Of a stretch of DNA of 53,537 nucleotides, positions 34,564 to 44,364 are shown piece after piece; position 1 is the stretch's first letter, and the number at the start of each line of letters is the position of its first letter. Both the position numbers and the translations under genes were made by a program. The notes under the pieces are model-generated. The model saw nothing but the letters and a program-made list of their open reading frames with translations, was not told the DNA's origin and ran no database searches. The stretch is from a virus (Duplodnaviria > Caudoviricetes): IMG/VR virus record IMGVR_UViG_3300025459_000008, positions 1 through 53,537 of that record; one strand, given 5' to 3'.

Positions 34564-36561
34564 ATGGCAATTACCGTTCCTGAAGATCCAACCGCCGAGG
34601 TGCAACGCTCTCGCAACAAGCTGGAGATGGAGAGCGCCAAGCCAGAGATGGATGACAAGGAATTGGCGGAAAGAGAGGAAGCCACCCAGGCTTACGCCGG
34701 GGAGGATGAGGCCCATTTTGTCGCCTATCTAAATGCTTGTGTGAAGGAGTCCCGGGATTCCATGAAAGATATTCGGGATGAACAGGCGGAGTGCTGGGAT
34801 GTTTTTAACGAGAAAGAGCCGTTGAATTACAACTTCAAGGAGGAGTGGCAGAGCCGGGCGATCCTACCCAAGCCGAATATTTACGTCATGGCTTTCCTGG
34901 CGGTTATCAGCAAGGCTTTTGACCCGCAGTTTTTAAGTATCGAGAACGAGCAAAACAAAGTCGATGCGGAATTTATTCGCAAACTGATGTCTCTGATGAT
35001 GTCCAAATCCTTCTCCAACTTCCCGATTAATTTTCTGGACGCCACCCAGATGGGGGCGGCGGAAAATCAGAGCATGGAGATGATTCCCATGTGGCGCTCT
35101 GGTCAAGGACCTTATTGGGACTTGATCGAACCCTGGAAGATACACCGCGACCCCGATTCTCTCAGCCGTCAGCCCCAGTCGGGTATGTATTGGATTCACC
35201 AAGAATGGCTGGACTACTCCGATTTGAAGAAGATGGAGGGAGCCGGGATACTTCAGAACCTCCAGGATTGTGGGCCTGGCGGGCAATGGGGCAACCCCTC
35301 AGCCGATGCCAATATCGATCCCAGCGAACTGAAACGGCGCCGGGATATGCTCTACCAGCAATCATCCTTTCGCACCAAGGTTCTGACCTCCGAGTTCTAC
35401 GGCACCATCCTTAGCCGACGGGGCGAAGAGCTTCTACCCAATTCTACTTATTGGGTAGTGGCTGACCGGGTGGTTAAACTCCCCAAGATTAGCCCTTACC
35501 CAACTCTGCGCTGGCCTGGAACCAGCTTTAGCCCCCTGCCGCACCTGCTCCGTCACGATGGCCGTTCCCTGCTCACCGGCCTCAAGAGCCTGTGGTACGC
35601 CATGTGCAACCTGTTTGCCCTGTATATCGACAACCTCAACTGGACGGTCAATCCTCAGAAAGAGATTGACACTTCCAGTATGGTGGACCCCGAGGACTTG
35701 ACCGACTACCCTGGTAAGCTCTACCTCGTTCGGGGAACTCAACAGGGAAATATGGCGATTCGGGTGGTGGACCGCAAGAGCATCACAGGTGATATCCTGG
35801 CGAATCTCAAATTCGGCGATCAGACTTTTCAAACCGGCGGACCAGTGACCTACGCCCAGCAGGGCCTCCCGGATTATCGGGCCGAAGTAACCGCTCGGGA
35901 GTCGGCACAGAACCTACAGCAATCCAATACCGTGATGAGCTTGGTGGGTGGCAACTTGGATGACGGGGCCTTGAGTGCCATCGAAGCTCTGTACGAGACG
36001 GTCAGGATCAATCTCACCTATGATGAATTAGCGAAATGGATGGGGTCGGAGGTGGCTGACAAGTATCGAGATAGCTCCGCTACCGGCCTTCGTCTTCCCA
36101 GTTTGACTAGTGGGAGTTTCAGGATCAGTGGAGCCTCTACGGTTCTTCAAAACCAGGAAGTGATCAATACTATCGGTAAATTAGTCTTGCCGCTCTGTGA
36201 TCCTAACGGTTTAGGTAAGGTCTTTGGAGTCTATATGAAGCCCTATGGAATTATCAAAGCCATAGAAAAGCGGGCCAACCTGGAGGATGAGGGCATTGTA
36301 GTAACCGAAGAAGAGGCCAAACAGATTGATGCCAAGCAGCAGGCCCAACAGGAAGCTCAGATTGAGGCGCAGAAGCAGAAAGAAGCTGGTGAAGCTGCCA
36401 AGGCTGGAGCTGAGGCCCACGAGGTCGGCGCAGAAGGCGACCGGCATGTGGCACAAGCTGGTATGTTCGATGCTCAAGCCGGGGCGGTAGCGGCGCAACC
36501 ACCGGGTGAAGGTGGCGGAGCACCCGCGCAACCGACGGAAATGCCGGGAGGGATGCAATAA
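34564..36561 (+). CDS. portal protein
   Basis: 665 aa after terL; PWKIHRDP, YPGKLY, TARES motifs; Q/A-rich C-terminal barrel typical of P22-like portals. Confidence 0.85.
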   Translation: MAITVPEDPTAEVQRSRNKLEMESAKPEMDDKELAEREEATQAYAGEDEAHFVAYLNACVKESRDSMKDIRDEQAECWDVFNEKEPLNYNFKEEWQSRAILPKPNIYVMAFLAVISKAFDPQFLSIENEQNKVDAEFIRKLMSLMMSKSFSNFPINFLDATQMGAAENQSMEMIPMWRSGQGPYWDLIEPWKIHRDPDSLSRQPQSGMYWIHQEWLDYSDLKKMEGAGILQNLQDCGPGGQWGNPSADANIDPSELKRRRDMLYQQSSFRTKVLTSEFYGTILSRRGEELLPNSTYWVVADRVVKLPKISPYPTLRWPGTSFSPLPHLLRHDGRSLLTGLKSLWYAMCNLFALYIDNLNWTVNPQKEIDTSSMVDPEDLTDYPGKLYLVRGTQQGNMAIRVVDRKSITGDILANLKFGDQTFQTGGPVTYAQQGLPDYRAEVTARESAQNLQQSNTVMSLVGGNLDDGALSAIEALYETVRINLTYDELAKWMGSEVADKYRDSSATGLRLPSLTSGSFRISGASTVLQNQEVINTIGKLVLPLCDPNGLGKVFGVYMKPYGIIKAIEKRANLEDEGIVVTEEEAKQIDAKQQAQQEAQIEAQKQKEAGEAAKAGAEAHEVGAEGDRHVAQAGMFDAQAGAVAAQPPGEGGGAPAQPTEMPGGMQ

Positions 36562-36912
36562 ATGTTGCGAGGTGGCGTGCAGACTGACATCAGGACGGGG
36601 CGACCCGTAGAATTTAAGCCGGATCAGCGCAAGGGTCAGGTTCAGGAGCGGTTTACCCGGAGTCTATTGGATGCCTCGGACATGGCGGTGGCTCTCCACC
36701 AGAATAATGCTGTCTTGAAAGTTTTTTTAAAGCAATATACCGCTCGGTTGGAGGAATTGGCTGCAACCGACCCGAAAGGGATTTGCCAGACCCTGGAGGC
36801 TTCTATCGGCGAAATTCGTAATATTTTGGAAATATTACCCCTTTTGAGGGAACGGCAGGCCATGAGGGTCTTAGGACCGCAACTGGCCAGCCTTATTGAA
36901 AAGGAGACTTAG
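36562..36912 (+). CDS. hypothetical head-module protein
   Basis: 116 aa between portal and scaffold. Confidence 0.6.
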   Translation: MLRGGVQTDIRTGRPVEFKPDQRKGQVQERFTRSLLDASDMAVALHQNNAVLKVFLKQYTARLEELAATDPKGICQTLEASIGEIRNILEILPLLRERQAMRVLGPQLASLIEKET

Positions 36913-36977
36913 GGTGCCCCATACGGGATAACACCCTCGGCATAGAAACAACCTGCCGGCCCGCAAGGATAACCGGC
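36911..36977 (+). promoter_or_regulatory. tandem bulged hairpins in the scaffold leader
   Basis: Two stems share a GG-AUAA-C internal bulge. Confidence 0.5.
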
Positions 36978-36996
36978 GTGGAGCGGAGCAAGAACC

Positions 36997-38031
36997 ATGC
37001 CAACAGGCGCAACGCTACAGGAAGAGATCATCACCGGCCCGAAGCCTGGGGAAGAGACTCTGGCGGACGAGTTGGATAATCGCCGTGAGGTCACCGGCGA
37101 TATGCTGATGGGTGGACACCCGAACGAGGAACCTGAAAAAGAAGAAACTCCGGTTGCCGGGGAAGAAGAGAAGCCTCCCGAAAAGGGCGAGGGCGAGGAA
37201 GAAAAACCTCCTGAGAAGAAGGAGCCGACTTTTCGGTTCAAAGATCAGGAGACTGCGGAGAAATCTCACGCCGAGGCCGAGAAGGAGATGACCAAGGCCA
37301 AGATGGAGGCCGCAGCCCTTCAGCGGGAACTGGATGAACTCAAGATCAAGCCCCCGGAGAAAAAAGAGGAAATTGTCAAGCCGCCCGAACCCAGCGTGGA
37401 AGAGCGAGAGGCGGATTTACTGAAACAGGCAACGGCAATCAGGGCTAAAGCTGCTGCGGATATTAACGAACTCGACCGCACGGCGGAGGACTATCTTGAG
37501 CAATGGGCGGCAATTACAGAAAAAGCCAATCTTGCGATTCGCCGGGCCGAGAGAAGGCTGTTTCCTCTACCCGCAGCGCCTGAAGACATTGACAGCCGGA
37601 TTGATGCCAAAATCAAGGCTGATAGAGAAGCCGACAGGTTGGCCAGAGCAGAAGAGGACAGAAAGACCGCTGGCGAGCGTGCTTGGGAAGATGCCCTGAA
37701 CTATGGCAAAAAAGCTGGCCTCAAACTGGAAGACCAGGAATCAGCCGACTATGATCTTTTCGACGTGGCTGGCCAGAAGTTGCCTCAAGAAATGAGGGGC
37801 AAGGGTGCTACTCCGGAAGCTGTGGAGTGGATGGTCAATTACGTTCGCACCCGCACCGGCAAAGTAGTCCTCTCGGAAGCAGAGAAACATGCTTTAGCCC
37901 GCAAGACCCAACAGGAGAATCAGCCTTTGGGGAAAGGCGGGATTAAACCGAAACCGAAACAACCTCAACAAGAGACGGAGGGCTCGCTGAAGGATGATTT
38001 TGAAGAAGCCAGAGGGCGACGAATCCTCTAG
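36997..38031 (+). CDS. capsid scaffolding protein
   Basis: E/K/P-rich N-terminus, coiled coils, directly before the major capsid gene. Confidence 0.8.
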   Translation: MPTGATLQEEIITGPKPGEETLADELDNRREVTGDMLMGGHPNEEPEKEETPVAGEEEKPPEKGEGEEEKPPEKKEPTFRFKDQETAEKSHAEAEKEMTKAKMEAAALQRELDELKIKPPEKKEEIVKPPEPSVEEREADLLKQATAIRAKAAADINELDRTAEDYLEQWAAITEKANLAIRRAERRLFPLPAAPEDIDSRIDAKIKADREADRLARAEEDRKTAGERAWEDALNYGKKAGLKLEDQESADYDLFDVAGQKLPQEMRGKGATPEAVEWMVNYVRTRTGKVVLSEAEKHALARKTQQENQPLGKGGIKPKPKQPQQETEGSLKDDFEEARGRRIL

Positions 38032-38065
38032 CAAGCCCGCCTTTGCATGATAAAGGAGGCGCATC

Positions 38066-39031
38066 ATGCCTTTTAACTGGGAATGGGATGCCGCAGTAGG
38101 CATCTACAAAAATATGCAGTTGAGCAAAAAGCTGCGCAAGGTCGCCGCGGGCGCCTGTATCGTGGCCCCGTTTGGCCGGGACTATGGCATCGGATTTAAG
38201 GCCAATGCCGGCCAGTATATCAACATTATGCACATCGAACGGCTGCCCAACAGCCCGTCTTCGGTTTTGCAGGAGAACAACCGTATTCCGATCCGCAAAC
38301 CCGCCTACGGCAATCGCCAGATTCCCGTGGTGGAATACGGCGAAGGGACGGAGTTCACCAACCTGGCCGAGCAGCTTTCCGTCTTCAAACCTTCTGACCA
38401 GCTTCAGCAGTTGCTCAAGGTTCAGATGGAGGAAGCCCTGGACAGCGCCACCGCCACCGCCTTCAAAGACGGCACCGCGGTCAAGATTATCTTCACCCCC
38501 TCGGGCCTGACTACTGGCACCTTTGCCACCAGCGGGGTCGCCGCGGCCAAAGCTGGCGTGGGCCTGACTTTCGATCATTGCACCCAGATCTCGGACTATC
38601 TGGTGGACACCCTTTACGTCCCGCCTTTCGAGGGTGAGTCGTTTGTCGGCATCACCGCCAACAAAAACTACCGCTCCCTGAAGAATGACCGCTACTGGCA
38701 GGAATGGCACAAGTACCTGGCCAAAGGCGATTTCGTTTTCAAGCGGGAAATGGGCGCCACCGAATTGATTCGCTGGGTGGTCTGCAACCGGCCTCTGGCC
38801 TTCTCCAATACCGCTGGAACCTCGGCCTACTTGGGCGAGGGAGTGGTGTTCGGCGATGAGGCAGTGGCCCGCCTGGAAGCGCAAGCCCCTCATCTGCGTC
38901 TGGACAACAACTACCAAAGCGATTTTGGCCGTGCCAAAGCCGTAGCCTGGTATGGAATCCTCGGGTTCGGGAGCGTTTGGGACAGCCCGGATGCGGGCAA
39001 GGCCAAAATCATCCAGATCAACTCCCTGTAA
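38066..39031 (+). CDS. major capsid protein (HK97 fold)
   Basis: AAGGAGG RBS, strong codon bias, VEYG, REMG..IRWV, FGDEAV, DFGRAKAVAWYGILGFG. Confidence 0.88.
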   Translation: MPFNWEWDAAVGIYKNMQLSKKLRKVAAGACIVAPFGRDYGIGFKANAGQYINIMHIERLPNSPSSVLQENNRIPIRKPAYGNRQIPVVEYGEGTEFTNLAEQLSVFKPSDQLQQLLKVQMEEALDSATATAFKDGTAVKIIFTPSGLTTGTFATSGVAAAKAGVGLTFDHCTQISDYLVDTLYVPPFEGESFVGITANKNYRSLKNDRYWQEWHKYLAKGDFVFKREMGATELIRWVVCNRPLAFSNTAGTSAYLGEGVVFGDEAVARLEAQAPHLRLDNNYQSDFGRAKAVAWYGILGFGSVWDSPDAGKAKIIQINSL

Positions 39032-39060
39032 AGGGACGAGGTAATAGGAGGTAATTTAAC

Positions 39061-40017
39061 ATGGTATATGGAACTTACGACCGTCATGTGGTGGACGGGT
39101 CCAACTCCGACATCGGGCAGGGCGGGGCTGCGGCTATCAACCTGAGCAGCCAGGCGCTGGGGGTTTTTACCCTCTCCACCAAAACTGCCCGAGAGCCGAT
39201 GACCGTAGATCGGCTGGGATTTATGCCCGTCACCGTGTTCGCTTTGACCGTCCCGGGCGCCCTGGGACTCTATCGCTATCCGCACGGTTTGACCTGCGTG
39301 GACCTGCCGACCGCTCTCAAGTTGTGCAACGACTTGTCAGCCAACATGATCGCTCACGCGGCTGACGCTGTGATTCACCTTTTACCTGACACCACGTACT
39401 TTTCTGCAACCTTAACTCCATCAACGCCGGTCGTCGGTCTGACTGACATGATGGTCCAGATCAACCTGCTTATCACTGCCTTCACGGCACATGCAGCAAC
39501 CGATGAAGCCAAGGGAACTCCGGTTTTTCACCTTGTTACCGATAGCGCCGGGGCTTCAGCTCAAGCCTTGACCAGCACCACTCCGGTCACCACCCTGGCA
39601 ACCTCCATCACCATGCTGAACGATATGTTGACCAGGTACAACCTTCACGACATGGATGTGGTTGCCCATCATGTCGGGCATCTCCACCAGTCCTACAAAG
39701 TTCTGCTGGCCAGCATTGCTCTGGTAACCCTCGATGCGGTAGGCTTCGACTACGTTTCCGATGTGGATAACCTGCCAGTCGAGGCCGTGTACCCCTACCA
39801 GGGGTTGGCTATCCGGGGTGTGGCTGACATGGTGCCGGGTGACCAAGTGGCTATCGAATTGATAACCAAACCCACTGGCACCGGCACCCTGCAACCGTTC
39901 TTTGGCTGGCACTGCCGGGCGGAATCCGAAGCGGACATGCCCTTCGTGGTCAATCGGACTCCGGTGAAGACCGCCGTGACCGGAACCAACCGCCTTGCGG
40001 TTGTTGGCGGCGATTAA
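39061..40017 (+). CDS. putative capsid decoration/minor head protein
   Basis: Follows the MCP; internal repeat of L.NDL..(F/Y).AH..D..H. Confidence 0.55.
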   Translation: MVYGTYDRHVVDGSNSDIGQGGAAAINLSSQALGVFTLSTKTAREPMTVDRLGFMPVTVFALTVPGALGLYRYPHGLTCVDLPTALKLCNDLSANMIAHAADAVIHLLPDTTYFSATLTPSTPVVGLTDMMVQINLLITAFTAHAATDEAKGTPVFHLVTDSAGASAQALTSTTPVTTLATSITMLNDMLTRYNLHDMDVVAHHVGHLHQSYKVLLASIALVTLDAVGFDYVSDVDNLPVEAVYPYQGLAIRGVADMVPGDQVAIELITKPTGTGTLQPFFGWHCRAESEADMPFVVNRTPVKTAVTGTNRLAVVGGD

Positions 40018-40024
40018 TCGATCA

Positions 40025-40050
40025 AGGCTCCGGGGGTTATCCCGGAGCCT
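40025..40050 (+). terminator. terminator hairpin after the capsid genes
   Basis: AGGCTCCGGG/CCCGGAGCCT stem. Confidence 0.6.
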
Positions 40051-40072
40051 CGGTCTTTAAAGGAGTTGACTT

Positions 40073-40777
40073 ATGGGCTATCTTGCCGCAACCGATGTTA
40101 TTGTTACGGTGATTCCTCAGTTGTGCTTCAATCCTCCTGGACAGCCGAAGGTAAGTTTCCCCACCATTGCTTTTGGCGATGGGGCTTCGTACTACCCGGC
40201 CCACGGCGTCCCTCTGCCTGCTATGGGGGCCTTGGGCGACTTTCTCAAAAAAATTCTGAGAATCATCATCACTCCGCCCCCTGGGGACGGCTACGTTTAC
40301 AAATACGACAAGAACTACGGCACCATCCGCATCTATGAGGCGCCCACGGCTGGGTCCCTTGCGGTAGTTGCGGTTTCTGCCGGGACACCCGCGGGCAATG
40401 TGGCGGTCCCTACGGGTAATTTGGCGGCAGCGGGTTTAACCATTGATGCCCATGCCCACACCCTCAAAATTCAGGGTTCAGGCAGCATTGCCGCCAACGA
40501 TACGGTTGGCGTCAACGGTACAGCGTTGGTCAAAGTCAACGCCAGCGATGCTACCATCGCTGCTGCTGGGGCCGACTCCGGTGTCCAGAACACCAGCGCC
40601 ACCGGCAATTTGGCCAACACGGTTCTGACCATCGCAGCTCCCGCCTTTACTGGCAGTGCTATGGGGACCCATACCCACTCTCTGAGCGGTGAAGCTGCGG
40701 TGGGTGCTTTGGTGGAATTTACTACCGGCGCAGTAGCTCCTACCGCTTCTCTGGACCTTATGGTAATTGGGGAGTAA
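40073..40777 (+). CDS. virion structural protein (paralog of 42903-43277) with Ala/Gly/Thr-rich insertion
   Basis: Shares IPQL.FNP, P.I.FGD, PPDGY.Y.YD and GTIRI motifs with the paralog. Confidence 0.65.
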   Translation: MGYLAATDVIVTVIPQLCFNPPGQPKVSFPTIAFGDGASYYPAHGVPLPAMGALGDFLKKILRIIITPPPGDGYVYKYDKNYGTIRIYEAPTAGSLAVVAVSAGTPAGNVAVPTGNLAAAGLTIDAHAHTLKIQGSGSIAANDTVGVNGTALVKVNASDATIAAAGADSGVQNTSATGNLANTVLTIAAPAFTGSAMGTHTHSLSGEAAVGALVEFTTGAVAPTASLDLMVIGE

Positions 40778-40784
40778 TCGGTTT

Positions 40785-42083
40785 ATGTGGCAGAAACGGG
40801 TCAAGAAGACGATCTTCACGCTCAACGTGAACGACTACTCGCCAGAGATGACAGCGCTCACCTATCCCCTGATCCAGGCTTACGCTCGGAAGATAGGGGC
40901 GGATTTTCACATCATCCGGGAGCGGAGGTTTCCCGACTGGCCCATCACCTACGAGAAACTGCAAGTCTACGAACTGGCGCAGCAGATGGAGAACGATTGG
41001 AACATCTATATCGACTCCGATGTTCTGGTCCACCCGGACACCCCGGATCTGACTTTACTGCTTTCCCGGGATACTGTGGCCCATTTTGGTTCTGACTTTG
41101 CCCCCACCCGATGGAAGACTGACAGGTTCTTCCATCGGGATGGACGGCATATCAGTTCGGGGAATTGGCTGGCCCTCGCCAGCGACCTGTGCATCGAACT
41201 CTGGAAACCGGTGGACGACCTTACGCTGGCGGAGGCTATCGACAACATCCAACCGAGCGTTATTGAACGGACGAGTGGTATCATTGAACCTCAACACCTC
41301 ATTGACGATTATATCCTCAGCCGCAATATCGCCAAGTATGGTCTGAAGTTCGTCAATATCAAGGATGTGCTGGCGAAGAATTACACGGATGGTGGTGGAT
41401 TCTTCTGGCACCACTACCTTATCCCGGTTGACCAGAAGATTGACGAGATGCACAAAGTCATTGACCAATGGAAAGTAGCTGGTCTTATGAAGGAAATTTA
41501 TGGGGCTATTTATCCGCGAAATCCTGTTGCTCAGGCCGTTGCAATCCCGGGCCGCATGACCCGAGCGGAACTTTACTGGCTCCATGAAACCGCCAAGAAA
41601 ATGGAGTCTGTAGTGGAAATCGGTAGTCTGCAGGGTCGTAGCACCTTTGCCTTGTGTTCGGGGTGCAACGGCGGCAACGGGAAAGTCTATGCTGTTGATC
41701 CTTTTATCTTTCAAGGGGAATGGATGTTTGCTGCAGATCTCCAGTTCACCGGCTACAAGACAGGCGATAGTTTCTTTAAGGAATTTCTTAAAAATTGTGG
41801 TCATTTCCCTCACCTCACGGTCATCAAGAAGACGAGCGTGGAGGCTGCGGCTACCGACATTGTGCCGCCTGTGGTGGACATGGTTTTTATCGACGGCCCC
41901 CATGATCCTCAGAGCGTCTTGACCGATCTGGAGACTTGGGTACCCCGAACCCGTAAACTGGTCTGCGGCCACGACTTGGATCACCCGGAGTGTCCTGGGG
42001 TTCGCCAGGCTCTGACCGAGTTCTTCGGAATGGACAGGGTTGTTGCCGGACCCGATACTCTTTGGGCAGTTAAGATGGATTAA
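40785..42083 (+). CDS. glycosyltransferase (GT-A)-class I SAM methyltransferase fusion
   Basis: N-terminal YEKLQ..YIDSD DxD motif; C-terminal VVEIGSLQGRST, AVDPF, DMVFIDGPH, CGHD. Confidence 0.8.
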   Translation: MWQKRVKKTIFTLNVNDYSPEMTALTYPLIQAYARKIGADFHIIRERRFPDWPITYEKLQVYELAQQMENDWNIYIDSDVLVHPDTPDLTLLLSRDTVAHFGSDFAPTRWKTDRFFHRDGRHISSGNWLALASDLCIELWKPVDDLTLAEAIDNIQPSVIERTSGIIEPQHLIDDYILSRNIAKYGLKFVNIKDVLAKNYTDGGGFFWHHYLIPVDQKIDEMHKVIDQWKVAGLMKEIYGAIYPRNPVAQAVAIPGRMTRAELYWLHETAKKMESVVEIGSLQGRSTFALCSGCNGGNGKVYAVDPFIFQGEWMFAADLQFTGYKTGDSFFKEFLKNCGHFPHLTVIKKTSVEAAATDIVPPVVDMVFIDGPHDPQSVLTDLETWVPRTRKLVCGHDLDHPECPGVRQALTEFFGMDRVVAGPDTLWAVKMD

Positions 42084-42086
42084 GGA

Positions 42087-42887
42087 ATGGAAATCCCCGT
42101 AGTTTTGATAACCGATGAAGTCTTTGCTCCGTATTGTGCAACAGCTATGGCATCGGTCTTGAGAAACGCCGGGGATGATACGGAGATCAGTTTCCATATT
42201 CTAACAGAAGGATTATCGCAAATAGTTAAGGATAAGTTTAGTGGATTGAAATACATAAAGGATTGCGATATTAATTATAATATTATTAATAAAGAGGAAT
42301 TTAGTGATTTACCAGTTTATTACCATATTCCATTAAGTTCATATTATAGGCTTAAATTGTTTTCTATGTTTCCTAATTATGATAAATTAATTTATTTGGA
42401 TAGCGATTCGGTAGTTCTTGAAAATATTAAGGAACTGTTTGATATAGATATAGATAACTATTACGCTGGAATGGTTTTAGATATTGTACGAAAAGACGGA
42501 ATGCGTGTTGATGAATTGATTAAAAAACTACAATTACCCTCGGATAGTAAATATTTTAACGCAGGTCTAATACTTGTAAATCTTAAAAAATGCCGGGAAC
42601 ATAGTATTGGAGACAAAATTATTAAGTGGGCCAAGCATAATAAAGAAAAACTAACTTGGGCAGACCAGGATACCATCAATGTTGTTATGAATGGGCTTAT
42701 TAAGGAATTACCGGACAAATATAATATTCAACTATGGTTTTATAACACTAACGCAAGGCGATCTGAAATAGATGGAAAAGCGATTATTCATTACTGTGGG
42801 CCAGAGAAACCCTGGAATAATAAAAGAATGTTCCTGTCTGAACACTTCTGGGAAAACTATTATCCATTTATGGAGATTTATCAATAA
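42087..42887 (+). CDS. glycosyltransferase family 8
   Basis: YYRL, IYLDSD, YFNAGLILVNL, DQDTIN, IIHYCGPEKPW. Confidence 0.93.
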   Translation: MEIPVVLITDEVFAPYCATAMASVLRNAGDDTEISFHILTEGLSQIVKDKFSGLKYIKDCDINYNIINKEEFSDLPVYYHIPLSSYYRLKLFSMFPNYDKLIYLDSDSVVLENIKELFDIDIDNYYAGMVLDIVRKDGMRVDELIKKLQLPSDSKYFNAGLILVNLKKCREHSIGDKIIKWAKHNKEKLTWADQDTINVVMNGLIKELPDKYNIQLWFYNTNARRSEIDGKAIIHYCGPEKPWNNKRMFLSEHFWENYYPFMEIYQ

Positions 42888-42902
42888 AGGAGATTAACTA
42901 TT

Positions 42903-43277
42903 ATGCCTGCTGCTGCCATTGCTCTTGCGGATGTGAGTGTCATCCTGATCCCGCAACTGGTCTTTAATCCATCGTCGATGCTCAACGAGTCTTACCCAAG
43001 CATTGTTTTTGGCGACGCGACATTGACGTATGACACCTATGGTATCCCGATGCCGCCTCCTGGTGACTTCGGGATGCTTAATGCGATCATCCGAGTTTTT
43101 TTCCAGGACCCGCCGGACGGCTACAAGTATGTCTATGACCCGACACCGCGGACGGCAACCCCGGTAGCTCCAAATGGCACGATCCGGATATTTAAAGTTG
43201 GGTCTGCCGGTGCTCTGACAGAATTTAGCGGAGCGGTTTCAGCCACAACCTTGCTGGCCATGATTATCGGCCAGTAG
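42903..43277 (+). CDS. virion structural protein (short paralog of 40073-40777)
   Basis: Shared motifs and near-identical end (MIIGQ vs MVIGE). Confidence 0.65.
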   Translation: MPAAAIALADVSVILIPQLVFNPSSMLNESYPSIVFGDATLTYDTYGIPMPPPGDFGMLNAIIRVFFQDPPDGYKYVYDPTPRTATPVAPNGTIRIFKVGSAGALTEFSGAVSATTLLAMIIGQ

Positions 43278-43307
43278 GATATTCCAACTAAAAAGGAAGG
43301 GGATTTT

Positions 43308-43991
43308 ATGGGTCAAATGCTGTACACGCAAGATGGCAGCAGCGTCGAAGTGGAGAACGTCTGGGTGGTCTCAGCAAAGCAGGATGCCGAGGGCCAGTGG
43401 ATTCAAATGGGCGGCAAGGTCGCTCTCATGCCCAATGGGGCCTACTGCCACGGCGACGGCAATCTTCTTCCCTTTGAATCTGAGGAAGAAATCAGGGAAA
43501 TTTTCAATACCCGGGCTCACGATGGCGGCTCCATGGTTATCCCGGAGATGCAGTGGCTCCTGGACGCCATGTTGGAGTGGTTCGCCCACCGTGCTGACTT
43601 CGAGGGTCTGGTTATTCAAAAGGTCGTTCTCAACCGGAAGGGATACCCGGAATTGGAAGATGGAAGCCCGGCGGAAGAGTCGGACATCTACGCCTATTTT
43701 GAACCGGGTCCGGCTCTATCGGCAGCCATCGTCGGTTTGTATAAGCGGCGCGAAGTTGAGGCAGCAGAGGCTAAGGCTGCTAAACCGGAAATCTACCGGC
43801 AAGGACCCACACCGCCACCGGGAAAACCGAGGGTAGCGGGTGATTTGGTGGCTACTCCCCCAAAGGTTTCTCCTAAGAGAGGGAAAGGTTTTACTACGGA
43901 ATCACTGATAAAAGCGCGAGCCACGAGGGCTGCCAATAAGGCAGCTAAAGCCATGGCAACTCCGAACCCGACACCGGCCACTACGGGGTAA
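43308..43991 (+). CDS. hypothetical protein with basic Pro/Ala-rich tail
   Basis: 227 aa with RBS. Confidence 0.6.
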   Translation: MGQMLYTQDGSSVEVENVWVVSAKQDAEGQWIQMGGKVALMPNGAYCHGDGNLLPFESEEEIREIFNTRAHDGGSMVIPEMQWLLDAMLEWFAHRADFEGLVIQKVVLNRKGYPELEDGSPAEESDIYAYFEPGPALSAAIVGLYKRREVEAAEAKAAKPEIYRQGPTPPPGKPRVAGDLVATPPKVSPKRGKGFTTESLIKARATRAANKAAKAMATPNPTPATTG

Positions 43992-43994
43992 TCA

Positions 43995-44174
43995 ATGCCG
44001 GATGATTGCGATGAGACGGTTGTTCATTGCCCCAACCCGAGGTGCGGGATCATATTCCGGCCTGATCCCGAGGTTTACATAGAGGGCGACACTCGTTGCC
44101 CTAAATGCGGGGCTAACTTCAATACGCAAATCCCGCCCTCGGTAATGAGGCTGGGAGATTATGGCGAAGAATAG
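43995..44174 (+). CDS. 59-aa zinc-ribbon protein (not in the ORF track)
   Basis: HCPNPRCG..RCPKCGA. Confidence 0.55.
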   Translation: MPDDCDETVVHCPNPRCGIIFRPDPEVYIEGDTRCPKCGANFNTQIPPSVMRLGDYGEE

Positions 44175-44364
44175 GGAAGCCTAGCCTGATGGTCAAGTGT
44201 CCTAAATGCGGGAAAGAGAACACGGGCTACTTTCGGGTAAGACCTGGATTATGGCGTTTTTCTGACTGCGGGTGCCCAATACCAACAGAAGATAATGTAG
44301 CGCAATCAGGGAATCCGAGTCTTGATGTTTCCCTTGATGCACGCTTATCTCAAAGAGAGCAGCT

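Noticed and set aside
37943-42197. Long antisense ORFs (37943-38917 and 41055-42197)
   Set aside because: Shadows of codon-biased sense genes, with no recognisable motifs.
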